A stretch of 64,000 nt of DNA from Cyanophora paradoxa CCMP329 (Eukaryota > Plantae > Glaucophyta). Location of the stretch: positions 186,001-250,000 of the forward strand of contig QPMI01000472.1 of assembly GCA_004431415.1 (NCBI GenBank). The letters run 5' to 3'. Within the stretch, counting starts at the first letter, position 1. Every line of letters begins with the position of its first letter. A model generated the notes under the pieces. That model did no database searches. It was not told the DNA's origin and saw only the letters and a list, made by a program, of their open reading frames with translations. The position numbers were made by a program, and so were the translations under genes. Positions 21,686 to 30,974 of the stretch are shown here, piece after piece.

Positions 21686-21735
21686 TCTTTCACTATAAAA
21701 ACAATAGAAAAATAAGACTGAATGTGGTAATTGGT

Positions 21736-22452
21736 TTAGATTTCGTTTAGGATCGCTTTATCACCCAGAATTTCGGCGGCTTTCTCATTGTAAAATCGAG
21801 CTGCGTCTTCCTTTGTGTCACATATTTTGCGCCATCTCTGTTTGTTATGCATGAAATTCGCTTCCCACTTTCCAGATCTCGTTTGATTGACACCACGATA
21901 ACCACTCGAATTCGTTGATTTCAGCAATCTACGAGTTAGATTTACAGGATCCACATCATTAAGAACCGCAAGATCGCCGAACAGTTCGGTTGCTTTTGCA
22001 TTGTATGCTGCTGCGGCTTCTTCTTTCGTGTTGAAGCATCCGAGAGTATAAGAAATTCCGTTCTTTTGAATTTCAGCTCTCCATTTTCCAGTGTCTTTTC
22101 TCTGCATCACTCCTTTGAGACCTGACTTATTTGTTCGTCTCACGCCAGTGTTAATGACGCTCTCTTGCGGGGTTAAAAAGCGAAGATTGCAACGCCTATT
22201 ATCCAATTTATCTCTGCTAATGTGATCTACAAAGTGCCCATCGCGGCTTCCCATAATCCACTTGTGCATGTCAATATTCTTGCCCTTTCCAACATAGCCC
22301 CATGCGTAACCTCTGACATTATGAAAATACCACTTACTGATTTTAGTGACATGCTCATAGTCTGCTTCATCGACAAGCGCAAATTTGCCTTCTCCATGCT
22401 TTCCATTAAGTGCAATTCGCCTAATGCCTTCCATTTGTCCGCCGTATTCCAT
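21736..22452 (-). CDS. HNH endonuclease with two AP2 DNA-binding domains
   Basis: MHKWIM...VDHISRDKLDNRRCNLR; NKSGLKGV...KWRAEI...EEAAAAYN; NSSGYRGV...KWEA...EDAARFYN. Confidence 0.92.
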   Translation of the reverse strand: MEYGGQMEGIRRIALNGKHGEGKFALVDEADYEHVTKISKWYFHNVRGYAWGYVGKGKNIDMHKWIMGSRDGHFVDHISRDKLDNRRCNLRFLTPQESVINTGVRRTNKSGLKGVMQRKDTGKWRAEIQKNGISYTLGCFNTKEEAAAAYNAKATELFGDLAVLNDVDPVNLTRRLLKSTNSSGYRGVNQTRSGKWEANFMHNKQRWRKICDTKEDAARFYNEKAAEILGDKAILNEI

Positions 22453-22524
22453 AATACTGTAAATTGTCTTGTCCTTAAATGGGCAAAAGATAAAAAGAAC
22501 GTCATTTTTTGTCCGACGAATTCC

Positions 22525-23838
22525 TTAGCTACTCACACGACGGATTCCGTCGGCGGTAATTATCATTATGTTATGAGCGAGGGCAATGCACTGAATTTGC
22601 ATCTTCTGATAAGCGGCACCCGCATACCACTCCTCATTACCGACTCCACCGGCTGTGACACCATTGAATTCGAAGACCAGATCGAACGCCGATGTGCCTG
22701 TGGCATCGATGTAGCCCGTGTTCTCTTGGTTGAGAAGCGACGCCTTTCCGTTTCCAGCACCGAAGTAAATGCCAGTGAGAGCGGGGTAGCTTGTGCTCTC
22801 GGTAAAGATCGCCGAATTATATTTATCTTGAAGTTCGGTCGCGGCAATCATGAGAGGAAGCGAAGTATTCGAGTAAAGGCGGTTATTGTTGAGTTCCACA
22901 TAGAAGTTCACAGCGTTGGTTCGGAGTGCACGAGGAGCCAGAACCGAGAGAGTTCCGTTGTTCACCTTCGTCTTCGCGTTTTGGCGCACAGAGAATACGA
23001 GAGTGTGGATGAGACCCGCACCTGTGAGTTGCGAGAGATTGACTCGCGAACCGGAGGCGGTCGGCTGGAAATCTGTGTGGAGGAAACCGATTTCGTTGTA
23101 GGGGATCGCGATACCAGTCGATTTAACACGGGCAATGGTCTCAGATACAACCGCCTCATCGGCATTTACGACCTTGCAGATAATGCGGGGTTTCAGCACT
23201 TGAAGGGAAGCACCACTGTTTACGACCGAAATATTGCCAACATTGTTTACATCCTCAATGATACCATCACCAATCGCCTTGAATTCGATTTCGACCACGA
23301 TCTCAGAGTTCAGAGCGCAAAGTGGGAACATCGCCTTCTCGAAAGGAGAGGGTAAATCGATTTCGTAGGTTCCACCGACAGTGTTACCAGCGGTTCCGAC
23401 AAGACCACCCACATAGCGAAGTTTCTTATCGAGTTCGCCCTGTTCGGTCATCAGTAGAAAATACTGGGTGACGAAATCCTCTGGGACAACATAGCGGAAT
23501 GAAGCGTGAGAGATTTCAATGCGCTTAATTAGCGATCCAATAACGCGAAGGTAGCCAGTAGTTCCAGCGACACCATTCGTGAGATCAGTGAGGGTGATCG
23601 GGTTAAGATCGAGTTGCAGCGCGAGACCATTCAGGAAATGGTAGCGGGGGATTTTGAAGACAACTCGGTTGCCGAGAGCGCTGGGTGGCTCAGTGTCGGG
23701 GGCGACCAGAACTCGAAGTGGCTTAGTGCCAGAGGACGTTCCAATGACCAGCGACTTGTTTAGGAAATAATCCTTGTAGTCATCGGTGGTGAGCATAGAT
23801 TTCAGCGTTGGGCGCTGGAATTGGCTGTTAGTCTCCAT
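22525..23838 (-). CDS. Major capsid protein, double jelly-roll (intact, 437 aa)
   Basis: Start METNSQ at 23838; GNRVVFKIPR...LQLDLNPI and MFPLCALNSEIVVEIEF; homologous to A MCP. Confidence 0.82.
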   Translation of the reverse strand: METNSQFQRPTLKSMLTTDDYKDYFLNKSLVIGTSSGTKPLRVLVAPDTEPPSALGNRVVFKIPRYHFLNGLALQLDLNPITLTDLTNGVAGTTGYLRVIGSLIKRIEISHASFRYVVPEDFVTQYFLLMTEQGELDKKLRYVGGLVGTAGNTVGGTYEIDLPSPFEKAMFPLCALNSEIVVEIEFKAIGDGIIEDVNNVGNISVVNSGASLQVLKPRIICKVVNADEAVVSETIARVKSTGIAIPYNEIGFLHTDFQPTASGSRVNLSQLTGAGLIHTLVFSVRQNAKTKVNNGTLSVLAPRALRTNAVNFYVELNNNRLYSNTSLPLMIAATELQDKYNSAIFTESTSYPALTGIYFGAGNGKASLLNQENTGYIDATGTSAFDLVFEFNGVTAGGVGNEEWYAGAAYQKMQIQCIALAHNIMIITADGIRRVSS

Positions 23839-23885
23839 GAGCGTTTCTTCTCTTATCTTTGGGATCAGAAAATAATTTACAGGGC

Positions 23886-24811
23886 TCAATAGAAATTCAT
23901 TTCGGGCGGTGCGTCGTAGGTTTCGATTTCAAAAGTGAAATAATGCGCCCAAACCCCGAAATCTAAGAGAGCGCCATCATGGTCGATGAGTTTAATCGTC
24001 AAGCGGTCGAACGATTTTAATTCGCGGAATTCACGAATGAGAGGCACCGTAGTGGACGTGTCGAAGTGGTAGATATCACCATGTTCGAGTTCCTGTGGGA
24101 TTGGAATGCGCATGAAATAACCATCGACGTGCTTGTTGACTGAGCGAATAAACGGCGCAAATTCGTCAATATATAGCCAGATCATCGCCGCCGGGTCTCA
24201 TCTCCACGAGTATAGCCGCGAATGCGTCGATTGAGTGTCACAGTTCCCGTCCCAGGATTAAACACAAGGAATGTATCGCTTGCAAGAGGGGTAAATGTCT
24301 CGTAAACATATAGTTGAATATCTTTGAAACCGAATATTGCGAGTTTCTTAGCGATTGCTTTGCGATTACTGGATTTTCTGAGTGTTTCAGGGGAAGCTTT
24401 GGAGAACTTGAACCAAAAGTTACTATCACTGAAAAACTCATAGATCTTTGAAGTAGTATTATAGCGGCATTTAATATATTTTCCACCAAAATCTGAAAGG
24501 CGAGCTGCTTCGAGTCTTTCTGTGACTTTTGCGGCAAGGTCGTCTTTGGTGTAAAATCCTTTGGGGATTGTGATGGTCACGAATCCGGAATCCGAAGCTG
24601 TGACCGAGAAATAGAGTTCCATGCGCTCGATGGTTGCACCAGTGGCGTCTATATCGTTTGTCACGGTCGAAAGAACATTGGGAACCGTTGCCTGCACCAG
24701 GCGCACCGATTTTACGTTGTCATAGCGACGGGGTAATGTCACTACATACTGGTTTGGCTGAGTAAACTCCTCATCGCGATCATCGCTCGAAAAGCTCAGG
24801 TATTCTTTCAT
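23886..24811 (-). CDS. Minor capsid/penton-like protein 2 (1-nt frameshift near 24193)
   Basis: SFSSDDRD...YVVTLPRRYDNVKSVRLVQATVPN; C-terminal LTIKLIDHDGALLDFG...FTFEI. Confidence 0.7.
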
Positions 24812-24827
24812 CTTACTATAATAGATT

Positions 24828-25673
24828 ATGAAAAGAATAACAATAAATTGCGACAGTAGAGACCTTGAAAACGGCGTGCTGCACTTGAAAACGCGCCTTA
24901 ATAATGTAAGGCGATTTCGTGTGCTATCAGCTGAGATTCCCAATAGCTCTTATGTTGTTCCGCCCGATCAGACAATAACTATAACGCTTTTGAACGAAGA
25001 GCCCACAGTAATCCCCGCATCCAAAATGATAGCACCGATTCCCAGCGTAAACGATTATTATTACGTCGATGCTGATAACGAACGATATCCGAAAGAGAGA
25101 GCTTTAAACAGTGATGCTTTACTCGGTTTTTCAGGCGGTTCTTTTAATCCTCTCGGTCTCTTCCCGGTTTCCTATTCTCTCGCTCTGTCTACGAACCGCT
25201 TCGTGTTCTCATCTCCGAATAGCCCTTTTACATTAGAGTCCTCAGACCAGGAGTTCTGTGACTGTCTCGGCATAGAACCCGGAGTGGTTTACGCCAGCAC
25301 ACCAGAACCAGTGCCGGTTCCACTCAGAGATTACCCCAGTCGCTACGCGATTATATGCCCGAAAATGGTCGACTTTAATGCAATTCCATATATTTACCTT
25401 GATATCGAAGAGCTCCGCCCGTTTACCAAATTCGCAGCGGTTACTGGGAGACAGAACAATTTCGACGACTCCTATCTATTGCGAATTCAGATGAACTCGG
25501 ACTTTGGTAGATATTCCTTTTACCACGAACCGAGCGCAAGCATCCCTTTCGTAAATGTCACATCGCAACTCGATTTAGATCGTCTCACAATATCGCTTCG
25601 AAAATGGCGGGGCTCTGTTGCGGATATAAACGGTCTCTCATACTCGTTCCAGCTCGAAGTGATCACCGATTAA
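24828..25673 (+). CDS. Minor capsid/penton-like protein 1
   Basis: INCDSRD...NNVRRFRVLSAEIPNS; YIYLDIEEL; LTISLRKWRGSVADINGLSYSFQLEV. Confidence 0.72.
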   Translation: MKRITINCDSRDLENGVLHLKTRLNNVRRFRVLSAEIPNSSYVVPPDQTITITLLNEEPTVIPASKMIAPIPSVNDYYYVDADNERYPKERALNSDALLGFSGGSFNPLGLFPVSYSLALSTNRFVFSSPNSPFTLESSDQEFCDCLGIEPGVVYASTPEPVPVPLRDYPSRYAIICPKMVDFNAIPYIYLDIEELRPFTKFAAVTGRQNNFDDSYLLRIQMNSDFGRYSFYHEPSASIPFVNVTSQLDLDRLTISLRKWRGSVADINGLSYSFQLEVITD

Positions 25674-25679
25674 GCGCTG

Positions 25680-27171
25680 TCACACGTAATAGCCCTCGAA
25701 ATCAATTCGGCATGCCGAAGCTACGTTCGTCGAGAGCACCCAGATTACGAGGGTTCTCACAGATCTCGGGTTTGCTAAGAAATGTTCGTCAGGATCGGCA
25801 CTTCCGGCTATTTGATTTGCATTGGTAAACACTCTCGTCGCGCCGGCTTCTGTGTATGTTACAAGCGCCGAAACTCCCGGAGTTAATTGGTAATCGATCT
25901 CAAACGTTTTAATGTAGTTTCCATTCGCAGCCGGCTTCATTTTTATAGAGGAAAGCATAAACAGACGCGGGAAATCGATGCGTAAGTAATTGCCTCCCGA
26001 CCTACTACCTTGCGGCGGGTTAGTAAATCCCACCCACCCCGTAGCATTTGACCAGCGGGCATCAGAAGCTGTGCCAAATTCCGCAATAAAGGCGCTATTA
26101 TCGAGCGGCACCCAGTTAGACTCCGGAGGTGCGCTTACATCTGTGCACCCGGACAGATTAATAATGGGAACGTCTCCCTCTGATATATTCATCGTCAGCA
26201 CTGAATACATCGCATTAAAATACGTTTGCTGTGCGGAAACAAACGCGAGCGCTTCCGTTTCTAAATATTGCAAGTGCGTCGTTGTGATAGTATCGAGGGT
26301 CATTTTATCTTTCGGTAAAGGAACGCTCAGCTTATAGTAGCGATCGTAATTCTGATCATCGTTTCTGGGTAAAAGTTCCAGTAGCTTTACGTGGGCGTTT
26401 AGATCACTCGACTCTAAGAACATGCTGAGAATTGGCGATCCTGTGGCGCTTAGCATCCATTGCACGATCCCCCAATTTTTCATAGTGTCGTACGAATATC
26501 CAGATGTCGCCTTATCAGAGTCTTGGACGTGACCCGCCGTAATCGAGACCACGATAAGCTCCTCTTCGCAAGAGTTTCCGAATAAAGTGCGGGCGAATGT
26601 GTAGCCGCAAACCCCGGGCGAATTATTTCCACTCATGCAACCATCAATTAAACAGTATGTTCTTCCGGCGACTGTGACTTGTTTCGGCTCGAAATAGGTG
26701 GGCGCAGCTGAGGTAGCCCTTGCAGCATCGCGCACAAGCATCCCATTTATGTCTTCATCGTTGCTTGAAATAAAAACGGGGACATTAAGACCGTGTCGAA
26801 CGCAGTCACGATGGTTGGTTTATAGAGATCCGCCATAGTCGCTGAGCCGCAGAGTTCCAGAGCCACAGCTTCTAAGTTAGTTGCTTCGTACTTTGGGCGC
26901 TGTACAATCGATGTAAGCACTCGTGGATTCGCGAAAATCAGCGGTAGCTTTGCTTTGTAGAGCGCCAGAATATCAGTGGCTGTATATTTAGGGGCGCCAT
27001 CGGTTCCCTTGATATTCAATAGGAGCGCGATTAATCCACCTGTGGATGTTCCCGCAAAGCAGTCGAATAGCTGTTGGATTCGTTTACCGGTTTGGGCTTC
27101 AATCTGTGCCAGTATAGCAGCCTCGATTATTCCACGCGACCCCCTCCACTCAAAGCGAGAACGGTCTTCAT
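25680..27171 (-). CDS. Patatin-like phospholipase with C-terminal discoidin domain (two 1-nt frameshifts, near 27143 and 26768)
   Basis: Reconstructed MKTVLALSGGGSRG...FAGTSTGG...RATSAAPTYF...LIDGC; C-terminal YLRIDF...YIKTFEIDY...CRIDFEG. Confidence 0.85.
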
Positions 27172-27214
27172 TATCTTATATACTTCTTATATATCTTCTT
27201 TGTTTATAAAGAGG

Positions 27215-30200
27215 ATGTCGTTCCTGAATCCGCGACCAGATGCACGAGTTATTAATTCGACCACTCAGATAGAGGACACTGATCAGGTAAACACTGAAAT
27301 TCGCGGGTCTCTGAAAATAAACTTCAATGCAGACCGCGAAGATCCAGTCAGTGGAACACCGAGCAGACCCGCAGCTTTGCAGTTAATGAACGTCGAGAAA
27401 GGGGATCATAAACTTGGAATCGACTTTTTACTTGATGATAACGAGCGAAACCGAGTCGCCAGCATTCAGGCAACCCGCCAGCTACCGAAAACGGTGCGAT
27501 ATAATCGTAGGAACATCCCAAAAGCATTCGATAGAGGTCGCTTAAACTTCTTCATTCAAGATGAGAGCGGTTTCCAAAATGCAGCTATGAGAATCGTGGA
27601 TAATAGCACACTTATAGCGGGAGTATCCACACGGAAAACAAAGGTAGAGGTCGTTCATGATCTCTCAGCAGGTAATCTTACGACGAGTAATATTACAGCA
27701 AGTAACATCACTACGGATACCCTGAACGTAAACTCGCTTAACTCCGAGTCGTTTTTCGCCACCAATGTCGCAACCTGTAACCTAAACATCGAATCCTTTG
27801 TGATTCAGAAGAGCGAATCGGTTCCCCAGATAACAGAGGGTGTTTTCACATTAGACCCCGCGAAACCGACCTTAGAAATTGTCGAAAATGGGAACGTTGT
27901 CGATATAATTGGCGCCAATGCTCCGAATGTGAGATCCTTAGCACTTGATAAAACGACTATATCATTTGCAGAAGAAATTCCGGCTTTTACCACAGAGAAA
28001 CAGGCACTGAGAAAAGACCATGTTCACATAACCAGAGACAATATAAACGATCTTTTAGGCAAGGACATCGTAAAGGCGTTTTTGGAGTTTGAAAGGAGCA
28101 AGAACACCAAAGATTCCAGCCAGGATGGAACCCTCACGACCCACACAACCGAGATCGCGGCTTTGCAGTCCGAAATTAATGCACTGTTTGCAGCAGATGG
28201 AGCGCTTGCAATTACCTTAGCCCATATTCTATCGAAAAGGAACATTTACCCCGCGACTGATAACACATACCGAGTTGGTTTATCGAATCTGAGATGGTCA
28301 GAGGTGCATGGAGTTTCCATGTTTGCCTCCAATTTAATCCTTCCATTAAATCACTCACTCCGACCTAATCAGATTCTTACCAATGGTAATGCACTGATCA
28401 GCTACACCGACTATAATAGTAACCTTTCCCGCTCGGTTTCGCAAACTGAGACCTACACTGTCGAGGGATACCCTCAGCAGCTCGCAAATGGGGTCTATGT
28501 CGCTTACGTAGGCAAACCTACATATACATTCACTTGGGATCAGTTGGGTGTCACAGGTTTCGAGACGAATATACCCACTGTTTCATTGGTGGATCACACT
28601 ACTTATTATAATCCTATCTATAACAATAATGAATCTAATAAAGCATTTATCCAAAATGTCACCTCCACAGGGTTTCAGGTTTCGTTTGTCATTAACGAGA
28701 CATACAATTTACTTATCATCCGAAACAACTCATTGAGTTCCGAAGCTACTATTAGTTTCACTCTTAACATCAATTATATCACCCCTGAATTCGATAGCAA
28801 ACCCAGAGTGAAGGTTTACCGAGATTTACAAGGTAGCAATATCGTGCCCTTCTCACAGAATTTCGATCTTGGGGCGAATTCTTTGAGGTGGAACACAGTT
28901 TATACTTTGAATGCAAACACCTGTAATATTGTGGTCGCAGGGTCATCGGCTACTATTGGAGATCTGACCGCCCCTTTCAAAAAGGAGTATCTTAAAGAGC
29001 TGTATATTACAAAGTCTGATTTACCAGATGCTATTTCGTTGGTGCTCTCCCCGACTCCCAGCATCTCATACCACAATGTGAAAGACACAAGTAATGTAGT
29101 GCGGAGTGGAAGCAAAGTATTCCAGGCATCCGAGATATCAGCAACAACATATAGATATCTTGCAGGGGTTCCAGCGAATTTTAATTTCACATTTGAGACA
29201 CCATTTGTTTCCCCTCCTACTATTGAAATAACAGACACGAATTTGTATGTGGTCAATGATGGGTCAGCTACATCACTTCAAAATGCACCAGCCGGCTACT
29301 CCCCATTTGTTGCAACTAACATAACAACCACCGGCTTTACACTTGTAGGAAATGCAACAGTGACATATGCTCTGACATCATACCCTGTTGGGTTGTATTT
29401 TTCGAAATTTAATCTCTCTGTTATCCCAGCAGTGTCCCTTGCTCCTCCCTTTACTATCAGTTGGAAGGCAACAGGAACTATTCCGCGATTTGACCCCGAA
29501 GATCGATTAAAAATAAGGTATCCTCTCGATGTTACAGACATTCACACTACGAGGATCAATGGGCAGAATTTCGTGTTTAATGGAACCAATGCTACTCTGA
29601 TCGATAATCGAGTTACAAATAATTACTTTTTCGATTCTCGATACATTAATACTTGCAATATTGTCATACAAAACACGTTTGAAAATCGCAGTAAGACCTT
29701 AACAGTCACCTTGCCCACTCACTCGAATGTCTCAGATGGATTTCACTATTATCTTTTCAATCGTAATTACACCTCATATATTCCATATCCTTCTGAGACT
29801 GTCAACATGAGCTATCCCAGAGTCACCCTAACATCGACCAATGCTGACTTCTTTGGATCCACGGACTTTATGACCTTCTTTGCTTTCACATCGTCCACAG
29901 ATGGTCTCTTAGTTTATTACACTTTCAGATATGATGCTGTTTGGACTCAGCTTGACAGCCACCCAAATACAGATGTAATCGAAGTGGGCGATAAGAAATA
30001 TATTAAAACCGCTTCCCCATGGGTGTGCACTGTCCGGCTTGATGACAGATACACTCCTAACCTAAATAACATTGGATTGCATTCGACATGCAATATTTAT
30101 GTGCAAGGTGCGATTTCGGCTACCAAATATTTTGAGGGTGGAAATTGTGATACAGGACATAGGTTGCTATCGCGAAATGGACTCTTTGAGTCATTCAGTG

Positions 30201-30937
30201 GGACGGCTCTACCGCCTTTTATCAGGGATACAGTATATGATACCACATGCAATATTTGGGTGTGTCGATCTGTGAGCAATCCACCTGTGACACAGGAATT
30301 ATACAAGTATCTCGCAGATACCTATGGTGCAATCTCAGGATCCTCCACAGGAAATCCAGCGACGGCTCCAATCGTGTTTGCGAATGCATACACAGCGCCA
30401 ACCTCATTAGCAGGGTCGACGGAACCGCCACCAAACGATCCAAATCCGAACCAGCCTAACCCAGATCCCGATTCACAAGATCCCCCTACAACTAATCCAG
30501 ATCCAAACACACCACCTAATAATCCCACGAATCCTACAAATCCAGTCGGGGCACCGGGAACAGATCCAGGAACGTTAGTGCTTATGATTCTCTTGCCGAT
30601 TCTCGGTGCTCTTGGGCTTGTGCTTGCATACAAATTCCGAGCTTTGTGTTGTGCATGCATAGACAGAACCATTGCAGGAGCAGGTAATAAATACTCCACA
30701 CCAGAGCTTAATGTGACCCAAACAGCCGAAGGAGATGTGGGCTTAGAGGTGAGATCAGCCGAGGGGCATGGTCTTAGTGTTGTGAGGACTGACCGACCAC
30801 CAGCAAATAGGGCAGCACCCAAAAAATCACGAGCACAAGAATTGGCAGAGCAAACGATGAACAATGATAGAGACTTTATGGCGGAAATGGCACAGCGAGA
30901 AGGGAGAATATATGAACATGTTCCAAACGTTATGTAA
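27215..30937 (+). CDS. Large fibre/spike-like protein with C-terminal transmembrane helix
   Basis: Likely start MSFLNP; phage fibre-type motifs IYPATDNTYRVGLSNLRW and FDLGANSLRW; Pro/Asn/Asp linker; hydrophobic LVLMILLPILGALGLVLAY. Confidence 0.65.
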   Translation: MSFLNPRPDARVINSTTQIEDTDQVNTEIRGSLKINFNADREDPVSGTPSRPAALQLMNVEKGDHKLGIDFLLDDNERNRVASIQATRQLPKTVRYNRRNIPKAFDRGRLNFFIQDESGFQNAAMRIVDNSTLIAGVSTRKTKVEVVHDLSAGNLTTSNITASNITTDTLNVNSLNSESFFATNVATCNLNIESFVIQKSESVPQITEGVFTLDPAKPTLEIVENGNVVDIIGANAPNVRSLALDKTTISFAEEIPAFTTEKQALRKDHVHITRDNINDLLGKDIVKAFLEFERSKNTKDSSQDGTLTTHTTEIAALQSEINALFAADGALAITLAHILSKRNIYPATDNTYRVGLSNLRWSEVHGVSMFASNLILPLNHSLRPNQILTNGNALISYTDYNSNLSRSVSQTETYTVEGYPQQLANGVYVAYVGKPTYTFTWDQLGVTGFETNIPTVSLVDHTTYYNPIYNNNESNKAFIQNVTSTGFQVSFVINETYNLLIIRNNSLSSEATISFTLNINYITPEFDSKPRVKVYRDLQGSNIVPFSQNFDLGANSLRWNTVYTLNANTCNIVVAGSSATIGDLTAPFKKEYLKELYITKSDLPDAISLVLSPTPSISYHNVKDTSNVVRSGSKVFQASEISATTYRYLAGVPANFNFTFETPFVSPPTIEITDTNLYVVNDGSATSLQNAPAGYSPFVATNITTTGFTLVGNATVTYALTSYPVGLYFSKFNLSVIPAVSLAPPFTISWKATGTIPRFDPEDRLKIRYPLDVTDIHTTRINGQNFVFNGTNATLIDNRVTNNYFFDSRYINTCNIVIQNTFENRSKTLTVTLPTHSNVSDGFHYYLFNRNYTSYIPYPSETVNMSYPRVTLTSTNADFFGSTDFMTFFAFTSSTDGLLVYYTFRYDAVWTQLDSHPNTDVIEVGDKKYIKTASPWVCTVRLDDRYTPNLNNIGLHSTCNIYVQGAISATKYFEGGNCDTGHRLLSRNGLFESFSGTALPPFIRDTVYDTTCNIWVCRSVSNPPVTQELYKYLADTYGAISGSSTGNPATAPIVFANAYTAPTSLAGSTEPPPNDPNPNQPNPDPDSQDPPTTNPDPNTPPNNPTNPTNPVGAPGTDPGTLVLMILLPILGALGLVLAYKFRALCCACIDRTIAGAGNKYSTPELNVTQTAEGDVGLEVRSAEGHGLSVVRTDRPPANRAAPKKSRAQELAEQTMNNDRDFMAEMAQREGRIYEHVPNVM

Positions 30938-30974
30938 CAACCTTAATTTTTGTAGTATTCCATAATAGAGTATA

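Noticed and set aside
22222-23355. 377-aa plus-strand ORF
   Set aside because: Antisense shadow of the MCP and HNH genes.
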